DNA of 64,000 nt from Eledone cirrhosa (lineage: Eukaryota), in assembly GCA_964016885.1 (NCBI GenBank), contig OZ024741.1, positions 27,156,001 to 27,220,000 of the forward strand, in the 5' to 3' direction. The position numbers and the translations under genes are program-made. Under the pieces are notes generated by a model. The model had not been told where the DNA came from, made no database searches, and saw nothing but the letters and a program-made list of their open reading frames with translations. The first letter of the stretch is position 1. Every line of letters starts with the position of its first letter. Below, in pieces: positions 63,622 to 64,000 of this stretch.

Positions 63622-63742
63622 GAGTTATGGACCTGACTCCATTATCGATCTGCTCTTCAGACTGGCAATGTGACAAAAAACACTATATTGTTTGTCACAT
63701 CACCTGTCTGAAGAGCAGATTGATAACAGAATCGGGTCCATA
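63622..63742. repeat. Imperfect fold-back (~55-bp arms)
   Basis: TTATGGACCTGACTCCATTATCGATCTGCTCTTCAGAC pairs with GTCTGAAGAGCAGATTGATAACAGAATCGGGTCCATAA; inner arms ATGTGACAAA/TTTGTCACAT. Confidence 0.75.
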
Positions 63743-64000
63743 AACAAAACTTCATCGTTTATATATACACACACACACACGCACGCACGCACATATTCAC
63801 ACCACACACCCATACACATACACACACATACATATATGTTTTGTTTAGCCTTGGGTTAGTGTTGATCAAACTAACAGAAGATCAAAGACATTCCAACTGT
63901 GATCATCCCATCTATTTAAGGGTATCTTGAACTACATAATGTACCCTTTCTATTTTAAGATTGTGGGAATGTGTATTGAGGGTGGTTTGGCTGTTATTTC

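Overview
This is AT-rich, microsatellite-saturated animal genomic DNA. The RTE-LINE/SINE repertoire points to a cephalopod such as Octopus (inference). Most of the window is retroelements and tandem repeats: two related RTE (APE+RT) LINE families with (GAT)n tails that insert into (TA)n, one copy with an almost uninterrupted ~1040-aa ORF, tRNA-derived SINEs with (ATT)n tails, Helitron-like non-autonomous elements, R4/Dong-like and CR1-like remnants, a Tc1/mariner-type MITE, and many minisatellites. Only one credible host coding exon is seen (47495-47593, +). The most striking unannotated signal is about a dozen minimal type-I hammerhead ribozyme motifs with palindromic stem III. They sit in long fold-back palindromes or tandem repeats (Penelope pLTR/retrozyme-like). 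Several carry recurrent core variants (U10.1/U11.1, CAGAAGA), and two are split at their (TA)n cleavage loop by later LINE or Helitron insertions. The RTE protein also has a C4HC3 PHD-like finger inside the RT region. All calls come from reading the sequence by eye; no searches were run.
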